Of a stretch of 64,000 nt of DNA, positions 30,124 through 39,105 are shown piece after piece. Numbering within the stretch: position 1 is the first letter of the stretch; each line of letters starts with the position of its first letter. The stretch comes from Paludibacteraceae bacterium (GTDB lineage Bacteria; Bacteroidota; Bacteroidia; Bacteroidales; Paludibacteraceae), in contig JAZNGV010000031.1 of the NCBI GenBank assembly GCA_045576595.1, positions 13,903-77,902 of the forward strand, in the 5' to 3' direction. A program made the translations under genes and the position numbers. The notes under the pieces are model-generated. The model was not told where the DNA came from and made no database searches. It saw nothing but the letters and a program-made list of their open reading frames with translations.

Positions 30124-31548
30124 ATGGCTGGTTTTTTTGGAACTGTCTCAACAACCTCTTGCGTAACGGATGTTTTCTATGGCACCGATTATCATAGCCA
30201 TCTCGGTACACGCCGAGCTGGTATGGCTACTTTCGACCACGAGAAAGGATTCAAACGCAGTATTCATAATATACAAAATTCCTATTTCCGTACGAAATTC
30301 GAAGATGAATTAGACGAGTTTGCAGGAAACGCAGGTATCGGAATTATCTCAGATACAGATGCGCAACCGCTGCTTATCAATTCCCACCTTGGGCGCTTTG
30401 CTATCAGTACGGTAGGCAAAATAAATAATCTGGACGAACTGGTTAATCATCTTCTATCCCAGAATATGCACCTCACGGAGTTTAGTAGCGGTCGTGTCAA
30501 CCCTACTGAGTTGGTGGGACTGCTCATCGTGCAAGGCAAGGATTTCGTGGATGGAATAGAGTATATGTTCCGCCAGATAAAAGGCTCTTGCAGTGTACTC
30601 ATTCTAACCGAAGATGGGATTATCGCCGCCCGTGATGCATGGGGACGAACACCTATCGTGGTGGGTAAGAAAGATAATGCTTACGCGGTGGCCAGCGAGT
30701 CCTCATCGTTCTACAACCTGGGTTTTCAAACGGAGTATTTCCTTGGCCCGGGTGAGATAGTACGCATTCGTGCTAACCATATGGAGCAGTTACGCAAACC
30801 CAATGAGAAAATGCAAATTTGTTCTTTCTTGTGGGTTTATTATGGTTTCCCAACCTCCGATTACGAAGGGCGTAATGTGGAAGATGTGCGTAATGAATGT
30901 GGCCGAGCAATGGGAGCAAACGATGATGTGGAGGTGGATTGCGTGTGCGGCATACCGGACTCAGGTATCGGCATGGCTATCGGCTATGCACAGACTTCTG
31001 GCGTTCCTTATGCGCGCGCTATCACCAAATATACGCCTACATGGCCACGCTCCTTCACTCCCTCTCAACAGGCTACGCGTGAGTTAGTGGCGAAGATGAA
31101 ACTCATCCACAACTCCTCTCTGCTGAGAGGTAAACGCGTCCTTTTCTGTGACGACTCCATTGTGCGTGGCACACAACTGCGTGATAACACACGCTGCTTA
31201 CTCGAGTCGGGCGCCAAGGAGGTACATATGCGTATCGCATGTCCGCCTATTATGTACGGATGTCCGTTCACGAATTTCACCACTTCTAAATCCGACCTTG
31301 AACTCATCACACGCCGTTTTATTGCGGAGTTTGAGGGTATAGACGCGGCTAATGACCCAGAGCGAATAAAAGCGTATGCTGTTACTGACTCACCTGAGTA
31401 TCAGCGACTCATGGGAGCAATCAGAGACCGATTCGCTCTCAAATCACTCAAATATACCAAGATTGAAGACCTCATCGCTTCCATCGGACTACCTAAATGC
31501 CAAGTGTGCACTTACTGCTTTGATGGCGAGACACCTAAGGAAGAATAG
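30124..31548 (+). CDS. Amidophosphoribosyltransferase-like protein lacking the N-terminal Cys nucleophile
   Basis: PRTase region VLFCDDSIVRGTQL and overall PurF-like layout. The N-terminus is MAGFFG instead of MCG(I/V)(V/F)G. Confidence 0.65.
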   Translation: MAGFFGTVSTTSCVTDVFYGTDYHSHLGTRRAGMATFDHEKGFKRSIHNIQNSYFRTKFEDELDEFAGNAGIGIISDTDAQPLLINSHLGRFAISTVGKINNLDELVNHLLSQNMHLTEFSSGRVNPTELVGLLIVQGKDFVDGIEYMFRQIKGSCSVLILTEDGIIAARDAWGRTPIVVGKKDNAYAVASESSSFYNLGFQTEYFLGPGEIVRIRANHMEQLRKPNEKMQICSFLWVYYGFPTSDYEGRNVEDVRNECGRAMGANDDVEVDCVCGIPDSGIGMAIGYAQTSGVPYARAITKYTPTWPRSFTPSQQATRELVAKMKLIHNSSLLRGKRVLFCDDSIVRGTQLRDNTRCLLESGAKEVHMRIACPPIMYGCPFTNFTTSKSDLELITRRFIAEFEGIDAANDPERIKAYAVTDSPEYQRLMGAIRDRFALKSLKYTKIEDLIASIGLPKCQVCTYCFDGETPKEE

Positions 31549-31570
31549 AGCAGAAACTAACTAAAAAAAA

Positions 31571-31594
31571 ACAGAGCCTCACACGAGGCTCTGT
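31571..31594. terminator. Bidirectional terminator between purF-like and rubredoxin genes
   Basis: acagagcctc-acac-gaggctctgt: 10-bp stem flanked by A9 and T-rich runs. Confidence 0.8.
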
Positions 31595-31601
31595 TTTCTT
31601 T

Positions 31602-31760
31602 TTATGCTTGTGTGAATAGTTCTTTTCCTACACCGCAAACTGGGCATTTCCAGTCCTCTGGCAGTTCGGCAAAAGGAGTACCTGCTGCGATACCATTATC
31701 TGGATCGCCAATTTCTGGATCGTACTCATATCCGCATACTTCACAAATATACTTGTCCAT
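31602..31760 (-). CDS. Rubredoxin
   Basis: Own translation, 52 aa: [52 protein letters not shown], with two CxxCG knuckles. Too short for the ORF track. Confidence 0.9.
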   Translation of the reverse strand: MDKYICEVCGYEYDPEIGDPDNGIAAGTPFAELPEDWKCPVCGVGKELFTQA

Positions 31761-31816
31761 AATTCTAAATTATAAAATCTAAATTCTAAATAGTACTTTG
31801 TACATTGTACATTTTC

Positions 31817-34054
31817 TTAATGTTTCTCAGGGCGTGGACCACGACGCTCTGGACGAGGACCGCGATCGCCGCGTGGCGCACGAGCAGGACGCTCTGGCTC
31901 TACATAATCCGCTGGTTTCTCTTTGAGCACCTTAGCACTGAGGCGGAACTTGCCGGTCTTAGGATCTACTTCCATCAGTTTGATAGTGATCTTATCACCC
32001 TCTTTGATGCCAGTCTCTTCCATCGTCTCGTAGCGCTTCCAGTCAATCTCGCTGATGTGGAGCAAACCTTCTTTACCAGGCATGAACTCAACGAAGCAAC
32101 CATAAGGCATGATGGATTTAACCACTGACTCATATACTTCGCCTACCTCTGGCAATGCCACGATAGCTTTGATCTTAGCCACAGCTGCAGCCATTGAATC
32201 GCCGTTGTTAGAAGCTACTTCTACCTTACCGCCCTCTTCTACCTCTTCGATAGAGATCACTGCGCCGGTCTCTGCTTGGATACCTTGGATAATCTTACCA
32301 CCAGGACCAATCACTGCGCCGATCATGTCTTTTGGAATCATGAAGGAAACGATGCGTGGAGCTTGTGGCTTGAGGTCTGCGCGTGGAGCAGGCATGCACT
32401 CGAGCATCTTGCCGAGGATATGCATACGCGCCTCGTGGGCTTGCGCCAAAGCGTTCTCTAAGATCTCGTATGATAGTCCGTCCACCTTGATATCCATCTG
32501 ACATGCGGTCAAACCATCCACAGTACCTGTGGTCTTGAAGTCCATATCACCGAGGTGGTCCTCATCACCGAGGATGTCGGATAAGATAGCATATTTAGTA
32601 CCTTTGCACTCAGAGATAAGACCCATCGCGATACCACTCACTGGTTTGATCATAGGCACACCTGCGTCCATGAGTGCGAGTGTTCCTGCGCATACAGTAG
32701 CCATAGAAGAAGAACCGTTAGACTCCAAGATGTCGCTCACCACGCGTACGGTGTATGGGAAATCAGCTGGAACCATATTCTTCAGCGCACGGCAAGCAAG
32801 GTTACCGTGACCTATCTCACGACGACCTACGCCACGGCTTGGGCGAGCCTCGCCTGTAGAGAATGGAGGGAAGTTATAATGCAATAGGAATTTATCATTA
32901 CCTTGGATAAGTGCCTCGTCAACAATCTTCTCATCGCGTTTGGTACCGAGTGTAACGGTAGAGAGCGATTGAGTCTCACCACGGGTGAAGATAGATGAAC
33001 CGTGAGGACCTGGCAGTGGGCTCACTTCGCACCAGATAGGACGAATCTCGGTAGTGGTACGACCATCCAAACGCTTACCCTCATCGAGCACAGCACGGCG
33101 CATAGCCTCTTTCTCTACATCGTGGTAGTATTTATCTACGAGCGCAGTGATATCATCCACATCAACACCTAATGCTTCGGCGCGAGCAGCCATGTATTCA
33201 GCCTTCTCTGCCTTGAAATCCTCGCGTATCTGTGTGAACATCGCCTCGCGGTGGTGCTTGTCAGTGTCCGCACTGGTAGCTTGCGCATAAGCGCGAGCAT
33301 AACTGTATTCGTGTACGGCTTGCTTGAGTTCGTCATCGTTAATCTCGTGGCAGTACTCGCGCTTAACCTCCTTGCCATAAGCCTTCATCATCTCATCGAT
33401 AGCCAAGCATTGTGGCTTGATAGCCTCGTGAGCTGCCTTGATAGCCTCAAGCATCACGCTCTCTGGCACCTCTTTCATCTCACCCTCAACCATCATGATG
33501 TTATCATAGGTAGCGGCAACCATCAACTCGAGGTCAGCTTGCTCGCATTGCTCGAAAGTAGGGTTGATAACCATCTCGCCATTCACACGAGCTACGCGTA
33601 CCTCGCTCACAGGACCCTCGAAAGGAATATCGGAGCAAGCCAAAGCTGCACCAGCTGCCAAACCAGCGATGGACTCAGGCATGTCAATGCCGTCAGCAGA
33701 GTACATGGTTACATTCACAAAAGTGTCTGCGTGATAATTAGATGGGAATAATGGACGGAGAGCGCGGTCGATAAGACGAGCGATAAGAATCTCATAGTCC
33801 GATGCTTTTCCTTCGCGGCGAGTGAAACCACCAGGGAAACGACCCGCTGAAGCGAACTTCTCTTTGTACTCCACGGTAAGAGGCATGAAGTCCGTACCAG
33901 GAACAGCGTCTTTTGCAGAGCAAACGGTGGCCAAAATCATGGTGTTACCAAGTGTTGCCATCACGGCTCCGTCTGCTTGTTTTGCTAATTTGCCTGTCTC
34001 CAGCGTGATAACACGACCATCAGGCAAAGCAATTTCTTTTCTTACAATATTCAT
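31817..34054 (-). CDS. pnp: Polyribonucleotide nucleotidyltransferase (PNPase)
   Basis: 745 aa with two RNase PH domains, KH and S1 domains and an Arg/Pro/Gly-rich tail. Confidence 0.95.
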   Translation of the reverse strand: MNIVRKEIALPDGRVITLETGKLAKQADGAVMATLGNTMILATVCSAKDAVPGTDFMPLTVEYKEKFASAGRFPGGFTRREGKASDYEILIARLIDRALRPLFPSNYHADTFVNVTMYSADGIDMPESIAGLAAGAALACSDIPFEGPVSEVRVARVNGEMVINPTFEQCEQADLELMVAATYDNIMMVEGEMKEVPESVMLEAIKAAHEAIKPQCLAIDEMMKAYGKEVKREYCHEINDDELKQAVHEYSYARAYAQATSADTDKHHREAMFTQIREDFKAEKAEYMAARAEALGVDVDDITALVDKYYHDVEKEAMRRAVLDEGKRLDGRTTTEIRPIWCEVSPLPGPHGSSIFTRGETQSLSTVTLGTKRDEKIVDEALIQGNDKFLLHYNFPPFSTGEARPSRGVGRREIGHGNLACRALKNMVPADFPYTVRVVSDILESNGSSSMATVCAGTLALMDAGVPMIKPVSGIAMGLISECKGTKYAILSDILGDEDHLGDMDFKTTGTVDGLTACQMDIKVDGLSYEILENALAQAHEARMHILGKMLECMPAPRADLKPQAPRIVSFMIPKDMIGAVIGPGGKIIQGIQAETGAVISIEEVEEGGKVEVASNNGDSMAAAVAKIKAIVALPEVGEVYESVVKSIMPYGCFVEFMPGKEGLLHISEIDWKRYETMEETGIKEGDKITIKLMEVDPKTGKFRLSAKVLKEKPADYVEPERPARAPRGDRGPRPERRGPRPEKH

Positions 34055-34253
34055 TTGTTTAAATCGTTTATGAACGCCGTTTGCGTTCTGTTAATTATTC
34101 ATAGACCCAAAAAGTCGCACAAAGGTACTACAATTTTTGCATATACGCAAGTAATCACAATAAATTTCTATAAAAAAAAGAATTTTCTTTTTTATTATAC
34201 GCGAACTTTTTTATTTTATTGCTTAAATTCTTGCATATATGCAATATTTTTAT

Positions 34254-34261
34254 TACTTTTG
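34254..34261 (+). promoter_or_regulatory. ssrA promoter -7 box TActTTTG
   Basis: TTGCATATATGCAAtatttttatTActTTTGcacccgaaatt, the same architecture as the purD promoter. Confidence 0.6.
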
Positions 34262-34292
34262 CACCCGAAATTGGGTTGTTGTGCCCATGATC

Positions 34293-34682
34293 GGGGCTAT
34301 CTGGTTTTGACAGCAGGTAGATTGGATATGTAAGCACGCCGAGCTTTGAGGATATGCTCGTAAATATCATTCTTAAGCTATAACTGGCAACAATACTGTA
34401 GCTCTCGCTGCTTGATCGAAGTATAGTAGATCGCATTATTCGGGTACAAGGTGCCTGAACGGGACGTCGCTCCAAGCCGAGTTCGCGGGCTGATAGGACT
34501 AAGCGGCGCGGAAATACGCGAAATAGAATTCGTAGGCTGCGATGCGGATTTGAAACCTTAGCAGATAAGCCGATAGTTGGTGGCTTGGGTCTTGCTATCG
34601 GACGAAAATGAAGGCCAAGATAAGCGTGTAGAAAGCATATACGGTCCTTGTTTGGACGCGGGTTCGACTCCCGCTAGCTCCA
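34293..34682 (+). ncRNA. ssrA: tmRNA (SsrA), tag reading frame GNNTVALAA*
   Basis: 5' ggggctatctggttttgacagc pairs with 3' tagctcca. The T arm is gcgggttcgactcccgc. The tag ORF ggc aac aat act gta gct ctc gct gct tga lies at 34386-34415. A conserved aagataagcgtgtagaaagc block is present. Confidence 0.9.
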
Positions 34683-34718
34683 CTCGCGAATTAAAATTCG
34701 TCGGGGACCCCAAAGGGA

Positions 34719-34760
34719 TACATCGTACATTGTACATTGTACATTGTACATCGTACATCG
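34719..34760 (+). repeat. Tandem heptamer array (tacatYg x6)
   Basis: tacatcg tacattg tacattg tacattg tacatcg tacatcg. Related short runs occur at 31796-31818 and 43993-44013. Confidence 0.9.
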
Positions 34761-34784
34761 TCCTTGATATAACATTCAATCAAT

Positions 34785-35915
34785 ATGGCTTTAGAAATTA
34801 AAGAAATCACAACTCGCAAGGAGTTGAAACAATTCATTGAGTTTACAAACACATTATACCGCGAAAGCGAGTATTACTGTCCACCCCTCTTCTTTGATGA
34901 AGTGAATTGCTTCGACAAAGAGAAAAATCCTGCATTGGAAGTATGTGACTATAAGTTGTGGATGGCATTCCGCGACGGCAAAGCCGTAGGACGCATCGCG
35001 GGTATCGTTAACTACAAAGCCAATGAGAAATGGGGATGCAAGAATGCCCGTTTTGGTTGGTTCGACTTCATCGATGACCTGGAGGTGAGCAAAGCGCTCC
35101 TGGATACGGTTGCTGCGTGGGGTAAGGAGAAAGGAATGACGGCTATCAATGGTCCTGTAGGTTTTACCGATTTTGACCACCAAGGACTGCTTTTAGAGGG
35201 GTATGACTACCTCGCTCCAATGGCGTCGCTCTATAACTTCCCATACTATGTAAAGCATTTTGATGCGTACGGACTGACCAAAGATGCGGACTGGATAGAG
35301 ATACAAGTCTATCCTCCTACATGCTGCCCAGAGCGCTTAAATCGCATCGCAGAGATAGTAAAAGAGCGCTCTCATGTGCGCGTGGATAAGGTGAAAAATG
35401 CCCGTGAACTGGTTCGTAAATACGGCATTGAGTACATGGATGTGATTGATATCGCTTATCAGAAGTTATATAACTTCCAACCTATGACTATCAAGCAGAA
35501 GAACTACTACAAAGATATGTATTTCCCTATCCTTAACTTCGATTTCGTTACCCTCGTGGTGAATAATAAGGATGAGGTAGTAGGTGTGGGTGTAGGTATG
35601 CCAGATATCTCAGAGGCGCTCCGTAAGTGCGGTGGTCACCTCTTCCCATTCGGTTGGTACCATGTGCTTAAAGCGCTCAAAGCTAAGCAGATGGATGCGT
35701 TTAATTTCTTGCTCATTGCGGTGAGACCTGACTATCAGGATAAGGGTATCAATGCGCTCTTCTTCCAAGACCAAATACCATATATCAATAAATATAAGAT
35801 TAAACGCTTGGAGACAACTTCTATATTGGAAACCAATACAAAGAATATAGCTAACTTTACGCAGTTTGATCATAAGATGCACAAGCGTCGCCGTGCATAT
35901 ATCAAGCAGATTTAA
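34785..35915 (+). CDS. GNAT-like N-acetyltransferase family protein (tentative)
   Basis: 376-aa ORF. The call rests on overall resemblance to large Bacteroidetes acetyltransferase-like proteins and is weak. Confidence 0.35.
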   Translation: MALEIKEITTRKELKQFIEFTNTLYRESEYYCPPLFFDEVNCFDKEKNPALEVCDYKLWMAFRDGKAVGRIAGIVNYKANEKWGCKNARFGWFDFIDDLEVSKALLDTVAAWGKEKGMTAINGPVGFTDFDHQGLLLEGYDYLAPMASLYNFPYYVKHFDAYGLTKDADWIEIQVYPPTCCPERLNRIAEIVKERSHVRVDKVKNARELVRKYGIEYMDVIDIAYQKLYNFQPMTIKQKNYYKDMYFPILNFDFVTLVVNNKDEVVGVGVGMPDISEALRKCGGHLFPFGWYHVLKALKAKQMDAFNFLLIAVRPDYQDKGINALFFQDQIPYINKYKIKRLETTSILETNTKNIANFTQFDHKMHKRRRAYIKQI

Positions 35916-35927
35916 TTATTTCTACTG

Positions 35928-36383
35928 GTGAAAAAAACACTCTACAATAATGCAGTCGAACGCTTAAATGGCTATCTAAAAGCCAATGAAATGCGTCCAT
36001 CGGTGGTACGGAATGCCGTGCTGGAACAAGCATGCTATTTGCCACAACCTTTTACGGCAAAGCAGTTAGTAGAAGTGTGCAAGGAACAGCGAATATCTAT
36101 CGGAACGGTGTATAACTCGCTCAATTTATTTATTTCGGCACAGATTTTGCATGCTACAGAAAGGCAGAGAGGAAAAATGGCGACGGAATATGAACTGATA
36201 ACGGGCAATCAGCACCGTATGCAGATTATTTGCCAGAAATGTGGACGAGTATCTGATATACAAGATAGAGCAATCGCACGACTTATTCAAGAGCGCAAAT
36301 ATTCCAATTTTACCTTGCAGCATTACTCCTTATTTGTGTATGGTGAGTGTAAAGTCTGCCGTAGATTGAAAAGAAAGAACTAA
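35928..36383 (+). CDS. Fur-family transcriptional regulator
   Basis: 151 aa with a winged-helix N-domain and CQKCGRV...YGECKVC metal-binding Cys pairs. GTG start. Confidence 0.7.
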   Translation: MKKTLYNNAVERLNGYLKANEMRPSVVRNAVLEQACYLPQPFTAKQLVEVCKEQRISIGTVYNSLNLFISAQILHATERQRGKMATEYELITGNQHRMQIICQKCGRVSDIQDRAIARLIQERKYSNFTLQHYSLFVYGECKVCRRLKRKN

Positions 36384-36400
36384 TTAGAAATCAGCGAATT

Positions 36401-37072
36401 ATGTATTGGATTATTTTTATTGGATTTGCTTTATTAAGTTGGATGGTATCCGCTTCTTTGGAGCGTAAGTTTAAACGCTATTCGCAAGAAATGCTTCCGC
36501 TCACAGGTCGTGAGGTAGCGGAGCGTATGCTGCGCGAGAATGGTATTGACGATGTGCAGGTCACTTGTACGAAAGGTCATTTGACGGACCATTATAATCC
36601 CACAACCAAGACTGTCAATCTGTCTGAGGCAGTCTATCATGGTGCCAATGTGGCTGCGGCAGCGGTTGCAGCCCACGAGTGTGGACATGCTTTGCAACAT
36701 GCGACGGCATATGCTCCATTGCGTATGCGCTCAGCATTAGTACCTGTGGTATCGTTCGCAAGTAACTGGGTAATGTGGGTGTTATTGATTGGAATGCTTG
36801 TTATAAATACCTTTCCGCAATTGATGCTTATAGGTATTATTCTCTTTGGACTGACCACTTTGTTCTCTTTCATCACTTTGCCGGTAGAAGTGAATGCCAG
36901 TCAGCGTGCGGTGGCATGGTTGCGCAATACAGGTATTACCGATAATCACACCACAGAGATGGCAAGTGATGCGCTCCATAGCGCAGCATATACCTATGTG
37001 GTAGCAGCATTATCTTCGCTCGCGACATTGATTTATTACATCCTCATTTTCGTAGGAGGAAGCAGAAGATAG
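36401..37072 (+). CDS. Membrane zinc metallopeptidase (Zn_peptidase_2 family)
   Basis: 223 aa with the AAHECGHALQH zinc motif and N- and C-terminal TM helices. Confidence 0.75.
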   Translation: MYWIIFIGFALLSWMVSASLERKFKRYSQEMLPLTGREVAERMLRENGIDDVQVTCTKGHLTDHYNPTTKTVNLSEAVYHGANVAAAAVAAHECGHALQHATAYAPLRMRSALVPVVSFASNWVMWVLLIGMLVINTFPQLMLIGIILFGLTTLFSFITLPVEVNASQRAVAWLRNTGITDNHTTEMASDALHSAAYTYVVAALSSLATLIYYILIFVGGSRR

Positions 37073-37095
37073 TTTAGTGTCCTGCAAAGGACTAC

Positions 37096-37169
37096 GGCCC
37101 CGTAGCTCAACTGAATAGAGTGTCAGATTCCGGTTCTGAAGGTTCTGGGTTTGAACCCCAGCGGGGTCA
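37096..37169 (+). tRNA. tRNA-Arg (anticodon CCG)
   Basis: Acceptor GGCCCCG/CGGGGTC, anticodon arm TCAGA-TTCCGGT-TCTGA, T arm CTGGG-TTTGAAC-CCCAG. Confidence 0.85.
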
Positions 37170-37172
37170 CAG

Positions 37173-37198
37173 AGCGAGCAGCCAAACGGCTGCTCGCT
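37173..37198 (+). terminator. Terminator after tRNA-Arg
   Basis: agcgagcagcc-aaac-ggctgctcgct followed by ttatttg. Confidence 0.75.
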
Positions 37199-37204
37199 TT
37201 ATTT

Positions 37205-37270
37205 GTCCTAGTTCCCTAGCAATCCTGTAGGGCTTTGCCCGTCCTGTAGGCGCTTGTCGCCGTCCTGTAA
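37205..37270. repeat. Array of GTCCTGTAGG + mini-hairpin units, copy 1
   Basis: tcctgtagGGGCtttGCCCg tcctgtagGCGcttgtCGCcg tcctgtaa. The last unit supplies the stop codon of the minus-strand gene ending at 37273. Confidence 0.8.
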
Positions 37271-37272
37271 TC

Positions 37273-38565
37273 TTACTTCAATTCAATATCAACGATGATG
37301 GGATCGTGGTCGGCGTAGCGGTGTAGGGATTTATCCCGCATTTTGTATGCGCCGTGTGAGTAGTACCAGTCGGTATTGACATGCCAGGGCATGACGCGTA
37401 CTATTTGTTCTGCCATGCTGGGTGACGCGAAGCAACGGTCTAAGAAACCTACCAATCCTTTGTAATTATATGAATAGTCTTGTGCGCAGAATGCTTGTAG
37501 CATATCTGCGTAGCCAGCTCGCACAATTTTTTGTATGGGGGTCTCTTGGGTATAGCAGTTATAGTCTCCGAGGAGCAGTATGTCGCTATCTTCGAATCGC
37601 TCTATGGCTTTGGGTAGCATGATGAGCAGCGAGTCCGTGTTTGCCAATCGGCGCATATGTGTGCTGTATGCTTGTCTGCCTGCGCGTTTGGATTTGAAGT
37701 GATTGATATTGACAATCAGTTTTTTGCCTGTAGGTTGTCCTTTTTGGTCGAGCAGTTCAAATCCCTGTGCGATCAGTCGCGTATGGTAATGACTGGTAGC
37801 CGCAGAGTAAGCCGTTATCCACTCTTCGTACGGGCGCACGCGTTCCTTATTATATATGAATGCCCCGCTTATCTGGTCTTGGTTGGGTAGTCCAAGGTTG
37901 ACATAATCGTACTGTTTGCCTCTCTTATTGAGTTCGGCAAGGAGCATGAGCGGTGCTTTGTCGCCTTGTTGCATCTCGCAGATAGCGAAGATATCTGCGT
38001 CCATCTTGCGTAGTGCTTTTACCACTTTTTGTGTTTTTACTTGTTGCTGTGCGGGAGTGGTTTTGCGTGTGGCATAGCCGCCCAAGTCGGCGAAATAGTT
38101 CTCTATGTTCGCTCCCACCACGCGTAGGTGGTTTTTGTTTTTCTTGGGCAGTGGTGTTTGTTTGGTGTGCTTGGTGCGCAGTGATTTACCTGTGAGTAGG
38201 TGTCTCTCGCCAGTGACGCGTGCGGTGAAGTTTTTGATAATGTCTCCTGTGCGCACATCGTAATAGGCGTTGCGGCAATGCACGCATATGCTATTTTGTT
38301 TGTTTTGTTCGATGATTTGGTAGTACATGGTGCTGTCGCCATCCGCCAAACCCACTGCGAGTTCTTCGGGGCAATAGAGGCGTTGTGGTGCTAAGATGAG
38401 CGAGTCGTAGAAATTACCGCATACCACGAGTGGGGTGGTGAGTTGTACTACTTGGTTGTTGTACTTGTTCCAATTGGCTTGTAGTGCTTCCAGTGTTACT
38501 TTCTTTACTGCAAAAGCGAGTAGTGCGAAGCATAGAGCGAGGGTGATGAGAAATGTTTTCTTCAT
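37273..38565 (-). CDS. Endonuclease/exonuclease/phosphatase (EEP) family protein, secreted
   Basis: 430 aa with a signal peptide, and an EEP C-terminal signature ...SLHRYADHDPIIVDIELK. Confidence 0.7.
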   Translation of the reverse strand: MKKTFLITLALCFALLAFAVKKVTLEALQANWNKYNNQVVQLTTPLVVCGNFYDSLILAPQRLYCPEELAVGLADGDSTMYYQIIEQNKQNSICVHCRNAYYDVRTGDIIKNFTARVTGERHLLTGKSLRTKHTKQTPLPKKNKNHLRVVGANIENYFADLGGYATRKTTPAQQQVKTQKVVKALRKMDADIFAICEMQQGDKAPLMLLAELNKRGKQYDYVNLGLPNQDQISGAFIYNKERVRPYEEWITAYSAATSHYHTRLIAQGFELLDQKGQPTGKKLIVNINHFKSKRAGRQAYSTHMRRLANTDSLLIMLPKAIERFEDSDILLLGDYNCYTQETPIQKIVRAGYADMLQAFCAQDYSYNYKGLVGFLDRCFASPSMAEQIVRVMPWHVNTDWYYSHGAYKMRDKSLHRYADHDPIIVDIELK

Positions 38566-38602
38566 ATATAGTAAAAAAAACTAAAACCGTGCAATGATTA
38601 GG

Positions 38603-38646
38603 GTAAAAAAGTAGAGTCCCACATACATCACTGCATTTGGGACTCT
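38603..38646 (-). terminator. Terminator of tRNA-fMet (minus strand)
   Basis: agagtccca/tgggactct 9-bp stem, followed on the minus strand by acttttttaccc. Confidence 0.7.
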
Positions 38647-38680
38647 TGTTTTCTAAATTCTTTCCATGTTATGAAAAACT

Positions 38681-38755
<75 letters not shown>

Positions 38756-38774
38756 ATATATCTCTCTTATCGAA

Positions 38775-38900
38775 AGCGAGTGCAAAGGTACAACAAATTT
38801 TTCACATATGCAAGTTTTTTTGTGTTTTTTTGCAAATAGAATGAAATTCTATGTATAATAGGCGGCTTATATGCCGCATATGCTCGCATAAATGCGGCAT
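38775..38900 (-). repeat. Promoter-bearing ~110-bp cassette, copy A (drives tRNA-fMet)
   Basis: Reverse complement: atgcgagcatatgcggcatataagccgcc...acatagaatttcattctatttgcaaaaaaacac...cttgcatatgtgaaaaatttgttgTAccTTTGcac. Confidence 0.7.
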
Positions 38901-39105
38901 ATAGACGAATATTAAACGGAGTACGCAGTACTGGCAAAAAAACACCCATTCGCTTGTGTATGGGCTGCAAAGTGCGACTGTACCTTCGAAGGGGCCCCTG
39001 TTGAAAACAAGGGGGAGTAGGTCGAAGTACAACAAATTTTATGGGCGTGCCGAAGATTGCTTAGCAATAATCGTTTGAGCGAAGCGAGATAAGAAGTACA
39101 ACAAA

